Shown here piece after piece: positions 23,331-34,213 of a stretch of 64,000 bases of DNA (its first letter is position 1; each line of letters opens with the position of its first letter). Under the pieces are notes generated by a model. That model did no database searches and was not told where the DNA came from. It saw only the letters and a list, made by a program, of their open reading frames with translations. The position numbers and the translations under genes are program-made. This DNA is from Candidatus Binatia bacterium (lineage in GTDB: Bacteria; Desulfobacterota; Binatia; HRBIN30): contig JBBRSP010000010.1 in the NCBI GenBank assembly GCA_038245295.1, positions 64,001 through 128,000 of the forward strand, written 5' to 3'.

Positions 23331-24398
23331 TTAGTGAATTGTTGGCAGCGCCGCGGATGCTTGCGCCTTCGCCGCCTCGGCGACACGTTCGGCAATAGCC
23401 ATCAGGGCGACGCTCTGTGGATGATCGGGCTGCGCCACGACGATCGGCGTTCCGGCATCGGCAGTCTCCCGAATCGCGCGCACGAGCGGCACTTCACCGA
23501 GAAGCGCCAATCCAAATTGTTCCGCCATGACGGTGCCGCCGCCGTGACCGAAGGGCTCGGAGCGTTTGCCGCAGTGCGAGCACATGTGGAAGCTCATGTT
23601 CTCGATGACGCCGAGCACGGGAGCGCGCACCTGCTGGAACATGGTGACACCGCGTTTGACGTCTTCGAGCGCCACGTCTTGCGGCGTCGTGACGATCACG
23701 CCACCCGACAGCGGCACCTGTTGGGTAATCGTCAACTGCGCATCGCCGGTACCCGGCGGCAGATCGAGGATGAGGAAATCGAGATCGCCCCAGTCGACGT
23801 CGCGGAAGAACTGCGTCAGCAACTTGCTGATCATCGGGCCGCGCCACACCACCGGCGTGCGTTCCTCGATGAACATGCCCATCGACACAACCTTGATGCC
23901 AAACTTGCTGATCGGCGTGATGCGTTTCTCTTCGTTGGTGATTGGCCGCTCGACGATGCCAAGCATCTTGGCGACACTGGGGCCGTAGACATCCGCATCC
24001 ATCAGACCAACACGATGCCCCAGCCGGGACAACGCCAGCGCCAGGTTCACCGCCACAGTCGATTTACCAACACCGCCCTTGCCGCTGGCGACGGCAACGA
24101 TGTGCGCCACGCCTGGAATACCGGCAGGACCGGATTGCATGCGGCGCTGCGGCGCCACCGGCGCGGTCATGGAGACTTGTACGCTGGTAACGCCGGGCAT
24201 GGCCGCAACCGTCGCCTCTACATCGACGCGGATCTGCTGCAACACATCATCATTGGCGGTGGTCGGCGTCAGAATCACGTTGACGCCCGTCGAGCCGATT
24301 TCGATGTCCTTGATCAGCCCGAAGGAAACAATGTCGCGACTGAAGCCGGGATACTTCACCTTCTTCAGCTCTTCCAGAATGTCTTGCGGGGTCAGCAT
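23331..24398 (-). CDS. mrp: Mrp/NBP35 (ApbC) Fe-S cluster carrier ATPase
   Basis: N-terminal DUF59-like region, ASGKGGVGKST, DADVYGPS, WRGPM, DLPPGTGDAQL, ENMSFHMCSHC. Confidence 0.95.
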   Translation of the reverse strand: MLTPQDILEELKKVKYPGFSRDIVSFGLIKDIEIGSTGVNVILTPTTANDDVLQQIRVDVEATVAAMPGVTSVQVSMTAPVAPQRRMQSGPAGIPGVAHIVAVASGKGGVGKSTVAVNLALALSRLGHRVGLMDADVYGPSVAKMLGIVERPITNEEKRITPISKFGIKVVSMGMFIEERTPVVWRGPMISKLLTQFFRDVDWGDLDFLILDLPPGTGDAQLTITQQVPLSGGVIVTTPQDVALEDVKRGVTMFQQVRAPVLGVIENMSFHMCSHCGKRSEPFGHGGGTVMAEQFGLALLGEVPLVRAIRETADAGTPIVVAQPDHPQSVALMAIAERVAEAAKAQASAALPTIH

Positions 24399-24459
24399 AA
24401 TTGATTTGTTTCGATAGCGGGAAGAACGCGCCGATGCGAGCGTCGATCCGCCAGACGCC

Positions 24460-24481
24460 GCAGGCTGAAGCCTGCGCCTAC
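24460..24481. repeat. Single GTAG-type REP
   Basis: GCAGGCTGAAGCCTGCGCCTAC. Confidence 0.8.
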
Positions 24482-24489
24482 CCGGTAAT

Positions 24490-26823
24490 TCAACCGGCGC
24501 TCAGCTCCGCCACAGTAACCCCCGCTCCACCCTCGCCGGAAACGCCCGGACGAAAGGCACTGCAGTACGGCGACCGCGCCAGATACTCGGCCACCGCACG
24601 CTTCAAGGCGCCGCTGCCGAGCCCATGAATGATACGCACCGTCGCCAGATGTCCGCGCGCCGCATGGTCGAGGAATACCTGCAGCCGATCGATCGCTTCC
24701 TGGGCGCGCAGGCCGAGCAGACTGATCTCGCTGCCAGTCTCCGATTGCATCGGCTCGATCCTGACCTCGACCGCCTTGGGCGCCGCGCCTTCCACCTTTC
24801 TCAACACGGCAGCGGGCACCTCGAAACGCAGACTGCCGCGCTGAATCCACGCCCTCTCCCCTTCGACAGCCAGCAGTTCGCCGCGAATCCCCTGCCCCGC
24901 CACCTGGACCTGGTCGCCGATCGCCGGCTTGGCCGACGACATGCCTGACTCGGGTGGCGCCACTTCGGCACGGCGCTCTTCGATCACCGCGTCTTCCGAC
25001 GTCACGAACTGCTTGAGACGTTTGCGATCAACGCCGCCGCGTTCGACCTCGGCCAGCAACAAGCGGCCGCGCTCGCGTAAGTCACGCAGGAAATTGTCCG
25101 CCTCTTCCAGCTCGGTACTCCACTTGCGGCGACGCTTCTCACGCAGTTCTTCGAGCAACTGTTCACTCTGCTGCCGTGCCTGCGTCGCGTTGCGCGCCGC
25201 GTCCTCCGCCTCGGTCAGGCGCTCTTCGTATTGCCGGCGCGCCGTCTCCAACTTCGTCATCGCGTCGGCCATGGCACGCGAGGAATCCGTGCGGGCAAGC
25301 TCCGCCGCATCGAGGACTTCGGCGGGCATGCCCAGCCGGCGGGCGATTGGCAGCGCCAGGCTCTCGCCGACACTGTTGTAGACCAGCCGGTAACGCGCCT
25401 GCAGGGCGGCCACATCGAACTCCACCGCCGCCGTGGCGCAACGCGGGTCACTCAGGGCGAAGACCTTGAGACCTGCATAGTGCGTGGTCACCACAACACG
25501 CGCCTGACGCGCCGCCAGGGTCTGCAGAAGACCGATGCCGAGAGCCGCACCCTCTTCCGGATCGGTGCCGACGCCAGGCTCGTCGAGCAGCACCAGCATC
25601 GGCGTCTCGCGTTGCGATAGGATGTGGGTGAGGTTCGCCAGATGCGCCGAGAAGGTCGACAGGTTGCGCGCGATACTCTGCTCGTCGCCGACATCGGCAT
25701 AGATGGCGCGGAAACACGGCAGCCGGCCGCCTTCCAGGACGGGAATCAACAAGCCGCTCTGCGCCATCAACGCCATCAGCCCAAGGGTCTTAAGCGCCAC
25801 CGTCTTACCGCCGGTGTTCGGGCCGGTGATGACCAGCACACGTTTGCCCGGCGGCAGTAGGAGATCGGTTGGGATGACCGGTCGATCGCCGAACAGCAAC
25901 GCCGGATGTCGTGCGTCGCGCAGCAATATCTCCTGGTCGTCGAGCACCGGACGCGTGCAGCGATAGTCACGCGCGAAGCGGGCGCGTGCGGCCAATGCAT
26001 CGAGCTCCGTGAGCGCCTCGAACGTGGTCATCAATAGAACGAGCTCGTCGCGTACCAATGCGGTCAGATCGGCGAGGATCCGGCGCACCATGCGTTCTTC
26101 TTCACGCGCCGCGACCAGCAGACGGTTGTTGAGCTCCACCGCAAACAGCGGCTCGACGAAAGTGGTCTCACCGGAGACCGAGCGATCCTGGACAATGCCG
26201 TCGAAGTGCGACGCCGACGGTGTCTTCACCGGAATGACAAAGCGGTTGTTGCGCAGCGTCACGAAGCGATCCGAGAGGATGTCCTCCATGCCCGGCCGTT
26301 GGAACAAGTCTTCCAGCTTGCGCTGCACCCGCGCCCGCACGACACGCAGCTCGCGGCGAATCCCGGCCAGCTCGTCGCTGGCGTCGTCGCTGACGTCGCC
26401 GGTATCGTCCAAGGCCCGTCGCAACGTGCTGTGCAGCTCGCGCAACGGCACCAGACGTTCAGCCAAAGCGCGCAGATGCTCGAAGGGCTCGGCGACCTTG
26501 CGGAGGTGCAGGCGCACCAGCTCGCCGGCGTCGAGGACCTGGCGGATGGCAACCAGCGACACGCCATCGAGCACCGCGCCATCATGCGACGCCGAGCGCG
26601 CCGAGGCGCGAATATCGGGGAACTCACCGAGCGGCAGGTCGCCGGTCGTCTCGCAGAGGCGGAAGCATTGATGCGTGGCGTCGAGCTGTTGATTGACGAG
26701 ATCGGTGTCGTTGGAAGGCGTCAGCTCGCGACACAGCTCCTTGCCGACAGGCGACGCGGCAAAGTCGGCGACACGGCGCCGCACGACATCGAACTCGAGC
26801 GCAACCAGATCGCGAGGGCGCAC
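24490..26823 (-). CDS. mutS2: Endonuclease MutS2
   Basis: ITGPNTGGKT, DEQSIARNLSTFSAH, LLDEPGVGTDPEEG, TTHY, C-terminal Smr IIHGLGSGAL. Confidence 0.95.
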   Translation of the reverse strand: MRPRDLVALEFDVVRRRVADFAASPVGKELCRELTPSNDTDLVNQQLDATHQCFRLCETTGDLPLGEFPDIRASARSASHDGAVLDGVSLVAIRQVLDAGELVRLHLRKVAEPFEHLRALAERLVPLRELHSTLRRALDDTGDVSDDASDELAGIRRELRVVRARVQRKLEDLFQRPGMEDILSDRFVTLRNNRFVIPVKTPSASHFDGIVQDRSVSGETTFVEPLFAVELNNRLLVAAREEERMVRRILADLTALVRDELVLLMTTFEALTELDALAARARFARDYRCTRPVLDDQEILLRDARHPALLFGDRPVIPTDLLLPPGKRVLVITGPNTGGKTVALKTLGLMALMAQSGLLIPVLEGGRLPCFRAIYADVGDEQSIARNLSTFSAHLANLTHILSQRETPMLVLLDEPGVGTDPEEGAALGIGLLQTLAARQARVVVTTHYAGLKVFALSDPRCATAAVEFDVAALQARYRLVYNSVGESLALPIARRLGMPAEVLDAAELARTDSSRAMADAMTKLETARRQYEERLTEAEDAARNATQARQQSEQLLEELREKRRRKWSTELEEADNFLRDLRERGRLLLAEVERGGVDRKRLKQFVTSEDAVIEERRAEVAPPESGMSSAKPAIGDQVQVAGQGIRGELLAVEGERAWIQRGSLRFEVPAAVLRKVEGAAPKAVEVRIEPMQSETGSEISLLGLRAQEAIDRLQVFLDHAARGHLATVRIIHGLGSGALKRAVAEYLARSPYCSAFRPGVSGEGGAGVTVAELSAG

Positions 26824-26825
26824 GG

Positions 26826-27167
26826 TTACTTCACGCGCGCCCGCAGGCGAGCGGCAGCATCAGCAAAGGAGGTGACCTTGGCTTTCGGAGCGGCGGCGGG
26901 AACCGTCGCGACATTCTCAAAGGGGCGCGCCGAACGCGCCGACACCGGGCGTGCCGGGTGACTTAGGATGAGCTCGGCATCACGCACGGAGATTGGCCGG
27001 CCGAAAAGGTACACGGCATGGTCGACACCATCTTCACGATAGGTATTGGCCCAGGCGGCGAACTCGGAGGCGGTAGGATCGTGTCCAATGGCATTGGCGC
27101 AGCGCCGAACCACGAAACCCAACATCATTTTTGGCGGTAAACTGGAAACCGGCATCGGCAAAACCAT
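26826..27167 (-). CDS. Hypothetical protein
   Basis: 113-aa ORF filling the gap between ispG and mutS2 on the same strand. Confidence 0.6.
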   Translation of the reverse strand: MVLPMPVSSLPPKMMLGFVVRRCANAIGHDPTASEFAAWANTYREDGVDHAVYLFGRPISVRDAELILSHPARPVSARSARPFENVATVPAAAPKAKVTSFADAAARLRARVK

Positions 27168-27188
27168 CGCTCAAAAGATTGCGAACCG

Positions 27189-28346
27189 TCAAGCGTTATC
27201 GCGCTCAACTCGCCGTTCAGAAATTATACGATCCAGCTCTTGACGAAGGCGCAGCAACACTTCCTCGTAACCGAAGTTGCCGATCTTCTTGTCCTTGCGT
27301 TTGAAGTTCACGGTCGACGGGCCGCACCACAACCCGAGGTCGGCGTCGTCGGTCTCACCCGGACCGTTCACGCGGCAACCCATCACAGCAATGGTGATCT
27401 TGTACTCGGCGGCGTACTGCGTCAGCTCCCGCACCTTGGCGGCGAGCTCGACAAAGGCCTCGTTCTCGACGCGCGAGCAACTCGGGCACGAGATGATGTT
27501 GAGGCCCTTGCCGAAATTGGGCACCGAGATGAAGCGTCCGGCGGCGACGTCTTCGATGATCTGATGGCCGACGACAACTTCCTCGTGTTTGCGTTCGTTC
27601 GGCAAGGTCAGCGACACACGAATCGTTTCGCCAATCCCCTTGGCGAGCAATTTCTCGAAGGCCAGACGCGACTTGATGATCCCTTCCGGCGGCATGCCGG
27701 CCTCGGTGACACCAAGATGCAACGGCACATGCGGCCGCGCCTCGGCGAAGCGCGAGTTGGCGGCGACGACCTTGTCGGGATCGGAATCCTTCAGCGAGAC
27801 AACGAAGCGGTCGAAGCCCATCTCGTCGATGAGGTCGCAGTGGTAGGCCGCCGACTGCACAATCGCCTCGAGTTGGTTGTCGGGATAACGCTCGAGGAAT
27901 TCCGGAGCGACAGAGCCGCAGTTGACGCCGATGCGCACAGCACAGTCGGTATCGCGCGCCACGTCGACCAGCCAACGCACCTTGTCGGCAATCGATTTCT
28001 TGCGCTCGACGTGGTGCAGGTGGCCCGGGTTGTAACGGATCTTGTCGACGTAGGGTCCGACCTTCGATGCCAGCCGATAGTTCTCCTGCAGGTCGACGGA
28101 GAGGACTGCATCGGTCTGCGAACGAATCTCCTTGAGAGCATCGACTTCGAGATCATTGTCGACGGCGATGCGCACGATACCGGCGCCGGCATTCTTGAGC
28201 TGCTCGACCTGCGCAACCGTTGCGTCGATATCGCGCGTCTTAGTGGCGCACATACTCTGCACCGCAACCGGCGCCCCTCCGCCTACGAGGATGGATCCAA
28301 TACGCACGGAGCGCGTCGAGCGCACGACTTGGTCCGAGGTCGACAT
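27189..28346 (-). CDS. ispG: 4-hydroxy-3-methylbut-2-en-1-yl diphosphate synthase
   Basis: [44 protein letters not shown]. Confidence 0.93.
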   Translation of the reverse strand: MSTSDQVVRSTRSVRIGSILVGGGAPVAVQSMCATKTRDIDATVAQVEQLKNAGAGIVRIAVDNDLEVDALKEIRSQTDAVLSVDLQENYRLASKVGPYVDKIRYNPGHLHHVERKKSIADKVRWLVDVARDTDCAVRIGVNCGSVAPEFLERYPDNQLEAIVQSAAYHCDLIDEMGFDRFVVSLKDSDPDKVVAANSRFAEARPHVPLHLGVTEAGMPPEGIIKSRLAFEKLLAKGIGETIRVSLTLPNERKHEEVVVGHQIIEDVAAGRFISVPNFGKGLNIISCPSCSRVENEAFVELAAKVRELTQYAAEYKITIAVMGCRVNGPGETDDADLGLWCGPSTVNFKRKDKKIGNFGYEEVLLRLRQELDRIISERRVERDNA

Positions 28347-28423
28347 GTGACTCCCGAGGCTAGCCGAGCCGCGTGGCGGACTCAACGCGCCGACAGTACT
28401 CCAGATACGGCGCGCCATCCGCC

Positions 28424-28500
28424 GCCGGCTGAAGCCTGCGCCCACCATGTTGACTTCGCAGGCGGAATGGAAAAACCGGTAGGCGCAAGCTTCAGCTTGC
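28424..28500. repeat. Inverted pair of degenerate GTAG-type REPs
   Basis: GCCGGCTGAAGCCTGCGCCCAC and GTAGGCGCAAGCTTCAGCTTGC. Confidence 0.75.
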
Positions 28501-28516
28501 GGCGGGTCTCCGAGGC

Positions 28517-29305
28517 TCAGGGCAACCACGCCAGCGGATTCGCCGGACCACAACCATGGCCGATCGCCAGGCCGTGTTCGATTGCCTTGGTGATGAACTG
28601 CTTGGCACGTTCGACCGCCTGACGCAGCGTCGCACCGACGGCGAGATTGGCGGTGATCGCGGCCGACAGTTGGCAGCCGGTGCCATGAGTGTGCACCGAA
28701 TCGACACGCGGCGCCCGCAGCCACACTTTCTCGCTGCCGTCATCGAAGAGATCGACCGCCTCGTCACCAACGGCGTGTCCACCTTTGACGAGCACTGCCT
28801 TGGCGCCGTGGCGGCGCAGCCATTCGGCGGCACGTTCCATATCGTCCGCTGAGCGGATGGTGATGCCGCTGAGGAATTGCGCCTCGGGGATATTCGGGGT
28901 GATCAGTGTGGCCAGGGGGATAAGCTCGTCGAGCATGGCGCGTTGCGCCGACGGCTCGAGCAGTGCCGCGCCGCTTTGGGCGAGCATCACCGGGTCGACG
29001 ACCAGCGGCGTCAGGTTGTGGTGGCGAACCGCGGCGGCGACCGCGTGCACGATCGGCCCGTTGGCCAGCATGCCGGTCTTGGTCGCCTGCGTGCCGATGT
29101 CGGAGATCACGGCGTCGATCTGGGCCCGCACGAAGTCGGCCGGCACGGCGTGAATCGCCGTCACACCCTGCGTGTTCTGCGCCGTCAGCGCCGTGATGGC
29201 GCTCATGCCGTAGACGCGATGCACGGCAAAGGTTTTGAGATCGGCCTGGATACCGGCGCCACCGCCGGAGTCGGAGCCTGCGATGGTGAGGGCACGGGCG
29301 ATCAT
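28517..29305 (-). CDS. thiD: Hydroxymethylpyrimidine/phosphomethylpyrimidine kinase
   Basis: [46 protein letters not shown]. Confidence 0.95.
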   Translation of the reverse strand: MIARALTIAGSDSGGGAGIQADLKTFAVHRVYGMSAITALTAQNTQGVTAIHAVPADFVRAQIDAVISDIGTQATKTGMLANGPIVHAVAAAVRHHNLTPLVVDPVMLAQSGAALLEPSAQRAMLDELIPLATLITPNIPEAQFLSGITIRSADDMERAAEWLRRHGAKAVLVKGGHAVGDEAVDLFDDGSEKVWLRAPRVDSVHTHGTGCQLSAAITANLAVGATLRQAVERAKQFITKAIEHGLAIGHGCGPANPLAWLP

Positions 29306-29469
29306 GCGGCCAGTGTCGACGCTGGAACGGCGGAGGTCAATCCTGTGGAGGATTGGTTTTCCGCTTGGATCGGGCAACGGCAATGGCAAGGGAGAACCGA
29401 CTACGGCCGGAATTCCAGCATACTTGCCCGTGCCCTTGCCCGTGCCCGACTCAGGCTGGAATCACCCAA

Positions 29470-29508
29470 GCAAAGAGGGACGAGGCGTATGCCCCGTCCC
29501 TCTTTTGT
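29470..29508 (-). terminator. Probable rho-independent terminator after the OmpA gene
   Basis: Hairpin AAAGAGGGACG...CGTCCCTCTTT flanked by A/T runs. Confidence 0.6.
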
Positions 29509-29533
29509 TTAGGTGCGAAGACGTGATCGCGAC

Positions 29534-30505
29534 TTAACGAATGCGCAGCTCGACGCGGCGGTTCTGGGCGCGGCCGTCGTCGGTGTCGTTGCTGGCGACC
29601 GGATTCGACTCGCCTTTGCCGACTTCGTCGATGCGGCTGGCGCTGATGCCGGTCTTGACCAGGTAACCCTTGACCGCGGCGGCGCGGCGCTCGGAGAGCT
29701 TCTGGTTGTACTGTTCGGTGCCGCGGCTGTCGGTGTTGCCTTCGGCGACAACCGAGATCGTGCCTTCGTGCTTCAACGTCGAGGCCGCCTCATCGAGGAT
29801 CGGCTTGGCGTCGGCGCGGATGACGGCCTTATCGAAGTCGAATTGCACGCCGCGCAGGACGATCTTCTTCTTCATCGGCACGGGTGCCGGCGTCGGCGCC
29901 GGCGCCGCGGCAACAACCGGAGCCGGGGTCGGCTTGGCCGCCACGTTGTAGGTGAGGCCGATGCCGGCCGTCACGTACTGGACATTGTGGCCAGGCGCGA
30001 CGCGCTGATCGATATCGTTGAAACGCGCGAAGCCGCCGACGAGGAATTCGTCCGTGAGGCGAACATTGACGCCGCCGCCGGCCGAGTAGCCCCATGACGT
30101 TCGGCTGACCGGCGTGTTGCCGACGAGGCCGGTGAAAACGCCGCCTTGCCAGGTGCCGTACGGCTCGAGGCCAACGCCGCCGATGGTGAACGGCAGAGCG
30201 AGACGCGGACCGACATGCCCGCCGAGGGCGAGCGTCGAATCCTGATCTAGGGTGCCGGGGCGGTTGTCATTCGGGAAACCGGCAAACTGGATCTGCCCCA
30301 TCAAGCCGATCACATTGTTGAACATGTATCCGACGAACGGGCTGGCCGCGCCGCCCGTATCGAGGCGATCTTTCGTTTTGCCAACCGGAACCGCGACGCC
30401 AAGATCGATGCCGCCGATCAGGCCTTCGTCGGCCTTTGTCACGGCCGGAAGGGCCAACCCACCAACCACCAAAGCCACCATCATACAACGTGCTGTCTGT
30501 CTCAT
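29534..30505 (-). CDS. OmpA-family outer-membrane protein (beta-barrel plus peptidoglycan-binding domain)
   Basis: Signal peptide, barrel strands, PA linker, [25 protein letters not shown]. Confidence 0.93.
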   Translation of the reverse strand: MRQTARCMMVALVVGGLALPAVTKADEGLIGGIDLGVAVPVGKTKDRLDTGGAASPFVGYMFNNVIGLMGQIQFAGFPNDNRPGTLDQDSTLALGGHVGPRLALPFTIGGVGLEPYGTWQGGVFTGLVGNTPVSRTSWGYSAGGGVNVRLTDEFLVGGFARFNDIDQRVAPGHNVQYVTAGIGLTYNVAAKPTPAPVVAAAPAPTPAPVPMKKKIVLRGVQFDFDKAVIRADAKPILDEAASTLKHEGTISVVAEGNTDSRGTEQYNQKLSERRAAAVKGYLVKTGISASRIDEVGKGESNPVASNDTDDGRAQNRRVELRIR

Positions 30506-30892
30506 GCGCTCCTCCTATTCGGCGTAACCTGGGCAGGCCTCTACGGCACCGGCCCACTTTCTAAATTGATTGTTGCATCCCACAATTCCCCCGGTGACTC
30601 TAGAAGGGGAACCGACTTCGTCGGCATTTTCTCAGCAACCAGACTTCTAAGCCTCGTTGCGCCAAAGGCCTCGACTCACACTCCCGTAGCGTCCGGGGCC
30701 AAACTGCGCCGCGACGTCGTCACGGCGCTACCGCTGTACCGGACCACCGCACGTCAATGCAAGAGACCAAGTTGCGCGCCATCGTTGGCTTCAAAGTTCC
30801 TGAAAAGTGGCGGGGTGGCTCGCTTGACCGAGGCGCGGCGGCCAACCATTGTAGCGAGTTTGAATCAACCGCTCCCTTGGAGGATCCGTTTC

Positions 30893-31678
30893 ATGCGTCG
30901 CGCCGCCCTATTCGCCTCCCTCTTCTTGGCCTCATGCAGCCTGGTTGGAACCAGCCATGCGTTCTCCGCCGGCATCATCGGCTTCTCGGGCAAAACCCCC
31001 GGCGTTTTCTGCAGCCAGGTTGGCTGCCACTCCGGCGGCGTCGAGCCGACCGTACACTTCGAGGGACCAACCCAACTCGAAATCAACCAGATGGCGACCT
31101 TTCGCTTCGTCGTTCAGTCCAACTCACCATTACAGGTCGCCGGCGGACTGGACGTCTCCACCAGCAGCGGCACACTGGCGATTGTCGCCAATCAAGGCGA
31201 ACGTCTGAAGAGCAATGAGATTACCCACGAGATGCCTAAGCCGAACGACGCCAACGGTGTCGCGAGCTTCGACTTCACCTTTAAGGCGCCAGCGACGGCT
31301 GGAACCGTGACGCTTTTCGGCGCCGGCAACAGCGCCAACCTCGATACCTTGTCAACCTCCGGCGACCGCGGCGCCACAACGACACTGACGTTGACGATCG
31401 TCGGCGCGCTACCGGCAACACCGACGCCAACGCCGACCACCGCCGAGCCGACACCGACGGCGACGCCCACACCAACAACCGGAACAGCACCCTGCGTCGG
31501 TGACTGTGGCGGCGACGGCGAGGTCACCGTCAATGAGCTGATCATCGGCGTCAACATCGCCGTCGGCAGCGCCCCGGTAACCATGTGCACCGTGCTCGAC
31601 GTCAACGGTGATGGCGAAGTGACCATCGACGAGATCTTGCGCGCCGTGAACAACGCGCTGAACGGTTGTCCGGTGTAA
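30893..31678 (+). CDS. Secreted Reeler-like protein with CxxxxCH motif and C-terminal dockerin-like module
   Basis: Signal peptide, CSQVGCH, FTFKAP, GAGNSAN, PT linker, CVGDCGGDGEVTVNEL...VNNALNGCP. Confidence 0.7.
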   Translation: MRRAALFASLFLASCSLVGTSHAFSAGIIGFSGKTPGVFCSQVGCHSGGVEPTVHFEGPTQLEINQMATFRFVVQSNSPLQVAGGLDVSTSSGTLAIVANQGERLKSNEITHEMPKPNDANGVASFDFTFKAPATAGTVTLFGAGNSANLDTLSTSGDRGATTTLTLTIVGALPATPTPTPTTAEPTPTATPTPTTGTAPCVGDCGGDGEVTVNELIIGVNIAVGSAPVTMCTVLDVNGDGEVTIDEILRAVNNALNGCPV

Positions 31679-31820
31679 CCCCCGCCTTCGCCCCTGCGCG
31701 AGCCCGTGCCCGCGCCTGCGTTGAGCCGGAACGAGCGCAGGCGAAGGCAGGGGCTTGGGCTCAGGCTAAGGGCTTGCCGCCTGTTGGCGGCAAGCGGCAA
31801 GCACGATAGAGAGCCGCTCC

Positions 31821-32786
31821 ATGCTGAAGAAGATCCTCATCGGCGTGGCGGGTTTGCTCCTTCTGGTCATCGGTGGCGCGATGATCGGTTTGATCTCGAC
31901 GCACCGCTCGATCACCCACGAACGCGTTCCACTGCCGCCGCCGGATCGGGTCGTGGCCAGCGGCAAGACACCCATCGGACCGAACAAGCTGCGCTACGTC
32001 AACACCGCCAGCCAGGTGATGCCGCGCTCGGGTGTCCTCGATCCCGGCCAGGATCCGAAGCCGAACGATCCCTACATCATGAGCCATCCTTCGTTCGTCC
32101 TCGAATGGAGCGACGGGCGCATCCTGCTGGTCGATGTCGGTATGACACGCGACGGCGCCACCGCCTTCGGCAGCACGCTGCAGAAGCTCGGTGGCGCCCA
32201 AGCGATCGAACCACACGGCTCGACGGCCGAGCAACTCGGTCCGGCGCGCGTTCGTGTCGCCGCCGCCATCTTCACACATCTGCACTCCGACCACGTCGGC
32301 GGCATCACCGAGCTCGCCGCCGATCGCGGCCGGCCGCTGCTGGTGTTCCAGACCGAGGCGCAAGCCGAGCGTCCCAACTACACGACACGCGGCGGCCTCA
32401 AGCTGTTGCAACAAACGCCGAGCATCAAGCTCGAACGGCTCGGCCCCGGCCCGCTGCATGCGGTGCCCGGATTTCCCGGCGTCTTCGTCATCGCCGCCGG
32501 CGGTCACACGCCGGGAAGCCAACTCGTCGTGGCGCACGTGACCGAAGAGGGTCGCACGCGCACCGTCGTCTTCGTCGGCGACATCGTCAACAACATCGAC
32601 GGCATCAACAACAACATTCCGAAGCCCTATCTCTACCGCCTACTGATGGTTCCGGAAGACGATCAGCGCCAGGAAGAGCTGCGCCTCTATCTGCGCAATC
32701 TGCGCGATCGCTTCGACGCGCAGCTGCTGGTCGCCCACGATCAGTTGGCGATCGAGAATAGCGGCGTCGCCAAGTGGAGCGAATAG
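31821..32786 (+). CDS. Membrane-anchored MBL-fold metallo-hydrolase
   Basis: THLHSDHVGG, GGHTPGS, VGD, AHD motifs; N-terminal TM helix. Confidence 0.88.
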   Translation: MLKKILIGVAGLLLLVIGGAMIGLISTHRSITHERVPLPPPDRVVASGKTPIGPNKLRYVNTASQVMPRSGVLDPGQDPKPNDPYIMSHPSFVLEWSDGRILLVDVGMTRDGATAFGSTLQKLGGAQAIEPHGSTAEQLGPARVRVAAAIFTHLHSDHVGGITELAADRGRPLLVFQTEAQAERPNYTTRGGLKLLQQTPSIKLERLGPGPLHAVPGFPGVFVIAAGGHTPGSQLVVAHVTEEGRTRTVVFVGDIVNNIDGINNNIPKPYLYRLLMVPEDDQRQEELRLYLRNLRDRFDAQLLVAHDQLAIENSGVAKWSE

Positions 32787-32807
32787 GGTCGGTGAAGGCC
32801 AGGCACT

Positions 32808-33077
32808 CCCTCTCCCACATCCAGCGAAGAGCCACGCGGTGGGAGAGGGTCGGGGTGAGGGCCCGCCTATGGTGCTCATCCTCGTTCTCATTCGATTCTC
32901 GATGCGTTGAGGCGCCGAGTCGTTGACGAGCAGTCAGAGAACATCGAGAACAGCGCACCCAGCACCCAGAATGAGAACCGTTAATTGAGCGACTTCGATC
33001 CTAACCCTAACCCTAACCCTAACCCTCACCCTAACCCTCTCCCAGCATCGGTGAATCCGTTGGAGCCGGGAGAGAGG
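32808..33077. repeat. CCCTCTCCC/GGGAGAGGG hairpin repeats, including a (CCCTAA)n tract
   Basis: CCCTCTCCC...GGGAGAGGGTCGGGGTGAGGG at 32808-32861; CCTAACCCTAACCCTAACCCTAACCCTCACCCTAACCCTCTCCC at 33000-33043. Confidence 0.8.
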
Positions 33078-33150
33078 AGGCTCTTGGTCCACAGACTTCC
33101 GGTGTCACAACGGTTCAAGGTTTAGTACAGCATGCACAGGAGAATGCTGG

Positions 33151-34038
33151 ATGGCCATCCGCCAATACTACAGTGAAGCCGTCGCCCTGACGATAGCTGC
33201 CGAGTTCGCACCCGAGTTCGCCTCGCTGCCACGCGATGTCGGGGAGTTATGTGTCATCGTTCAGGGCTTGTTGCTGCATCCGCATCTGCTCAACCTCTAC
33301 GGTGTTAGCGCCTCGCCACAGCGCCTCGAAGACTCGCACATTCGATCGGTGCGCCGGATGATCGAGCGCCTGTTGGAGATCGCCTCGCGGCCGTTGACCA
33401 GCCCGCGCGATTTCGGCGAACGCTTCATCGGCAACTGTCGCCACTTCTCGCTGCTGCTGTGTGCGATGTTACGCCACCAGGGCATCCCGGCGCGGGCCCG
33501 CTGCGGCTTCGGCGCCTACTTCAACGCGAGCTCGTTCGAGGATCATTGGGTCTGTGAATACTGGAACTATGCCGAGCAGCGCTGGGTGCTCGTCGACGCC
33601 CAGCTCGATGCCAAGCAACGCGAGTTCTTCGACATCCCGTTCGACACACTCGACGTGCCGCGCAATCAGTTCATCGTGGCCGGACAAGCCTGGCGCGCCT
33701 GCCGGCGCGGCACCGCCGATCCGCAGCGCTTCGGTATCTTCGACATGCGCGGATTCTGGATGATCCATGGCAACCTGATGCGCGACCTGGCGGCGCTCAA
33801 CCGGGTCGAGCTGCTGCCCTGGGATAGCTGGGGCGCCATGGAGGGACCCGCCGGCGAAGGCATGATTGACGTCCCCGGCGAGAATGCCGCCCTCTTTGAC
33901 GAGGTTGCCGCCCTCACTGTTGCACCCGACGTCAACTTCGGTGACTTGCGCGAGCTCTATGAGTCGGACGATCGCCTGCGTGTTCCGGCACAGGTGTTCA
34001 ACGCTCTCCACGGCCGGCTGGAGGCAGTGGATTTCTGA
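33151..34038 (+). CDS. Transglutaminase-like domain protein
   Basis: GNCRHFS...ARARCGFGAYF, DHWVCEYW, VDAQ (Cys-His-Asp). Confidence 0.85.
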   Translation: MAIRQYYSEAVALTIAAEFAPEFASLPRDVGELCVIVQGLLLHPHLLNLYGVSASPQRLEDSHIRSVRRMIERLLEIASRPLTSPRDFGERFIGNCRHFSLLLCAMLRHQGIPARARCGFGAYFNASSFEDHWVCEYWNYAEQRWVLVDAQLDAKQREFFDIPFDTLDVPRNQFIVAGQAWRACRRGTADPQRFGIFDMRGFWMIHGNLMRDLAALNRVELLPWDSWGAMEGPAGEGMIDVPGENAALFDEVAALTVAPDVNFGDLRELYESDDRLRVPAQVFNALHGRLEAVDF

Positions 34039-34213
34039 TACGGGCGCCGCGGAGCGGCGCGCTCCGATCGCCGTCACCGGTGCGCTCCGATCGCCGTCAC
34101 CGGTGCGCTCCGCTCCGCGGCGCCCATCCGACCAACCGCTCAACCCCCAAGGCGACCGATCGCGCCGCGCCGTTTGGCCTGCCGCGGCGAGCGTGGTAAG
34201 CGCTCGGCCTCAC

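Noticed and set aside
28347..28724. Long N-terminal extension of IspG
   Set aside because: Runs through REP repeats and overlaps thiD; homology starts near MSTSDQ
33000..33043. Eukaryotic telomere contamination or a linear chromosome end
   Set aside because: Short, internal, and continuous with a bacterial hairpin repeat family seen elsewhere in the window
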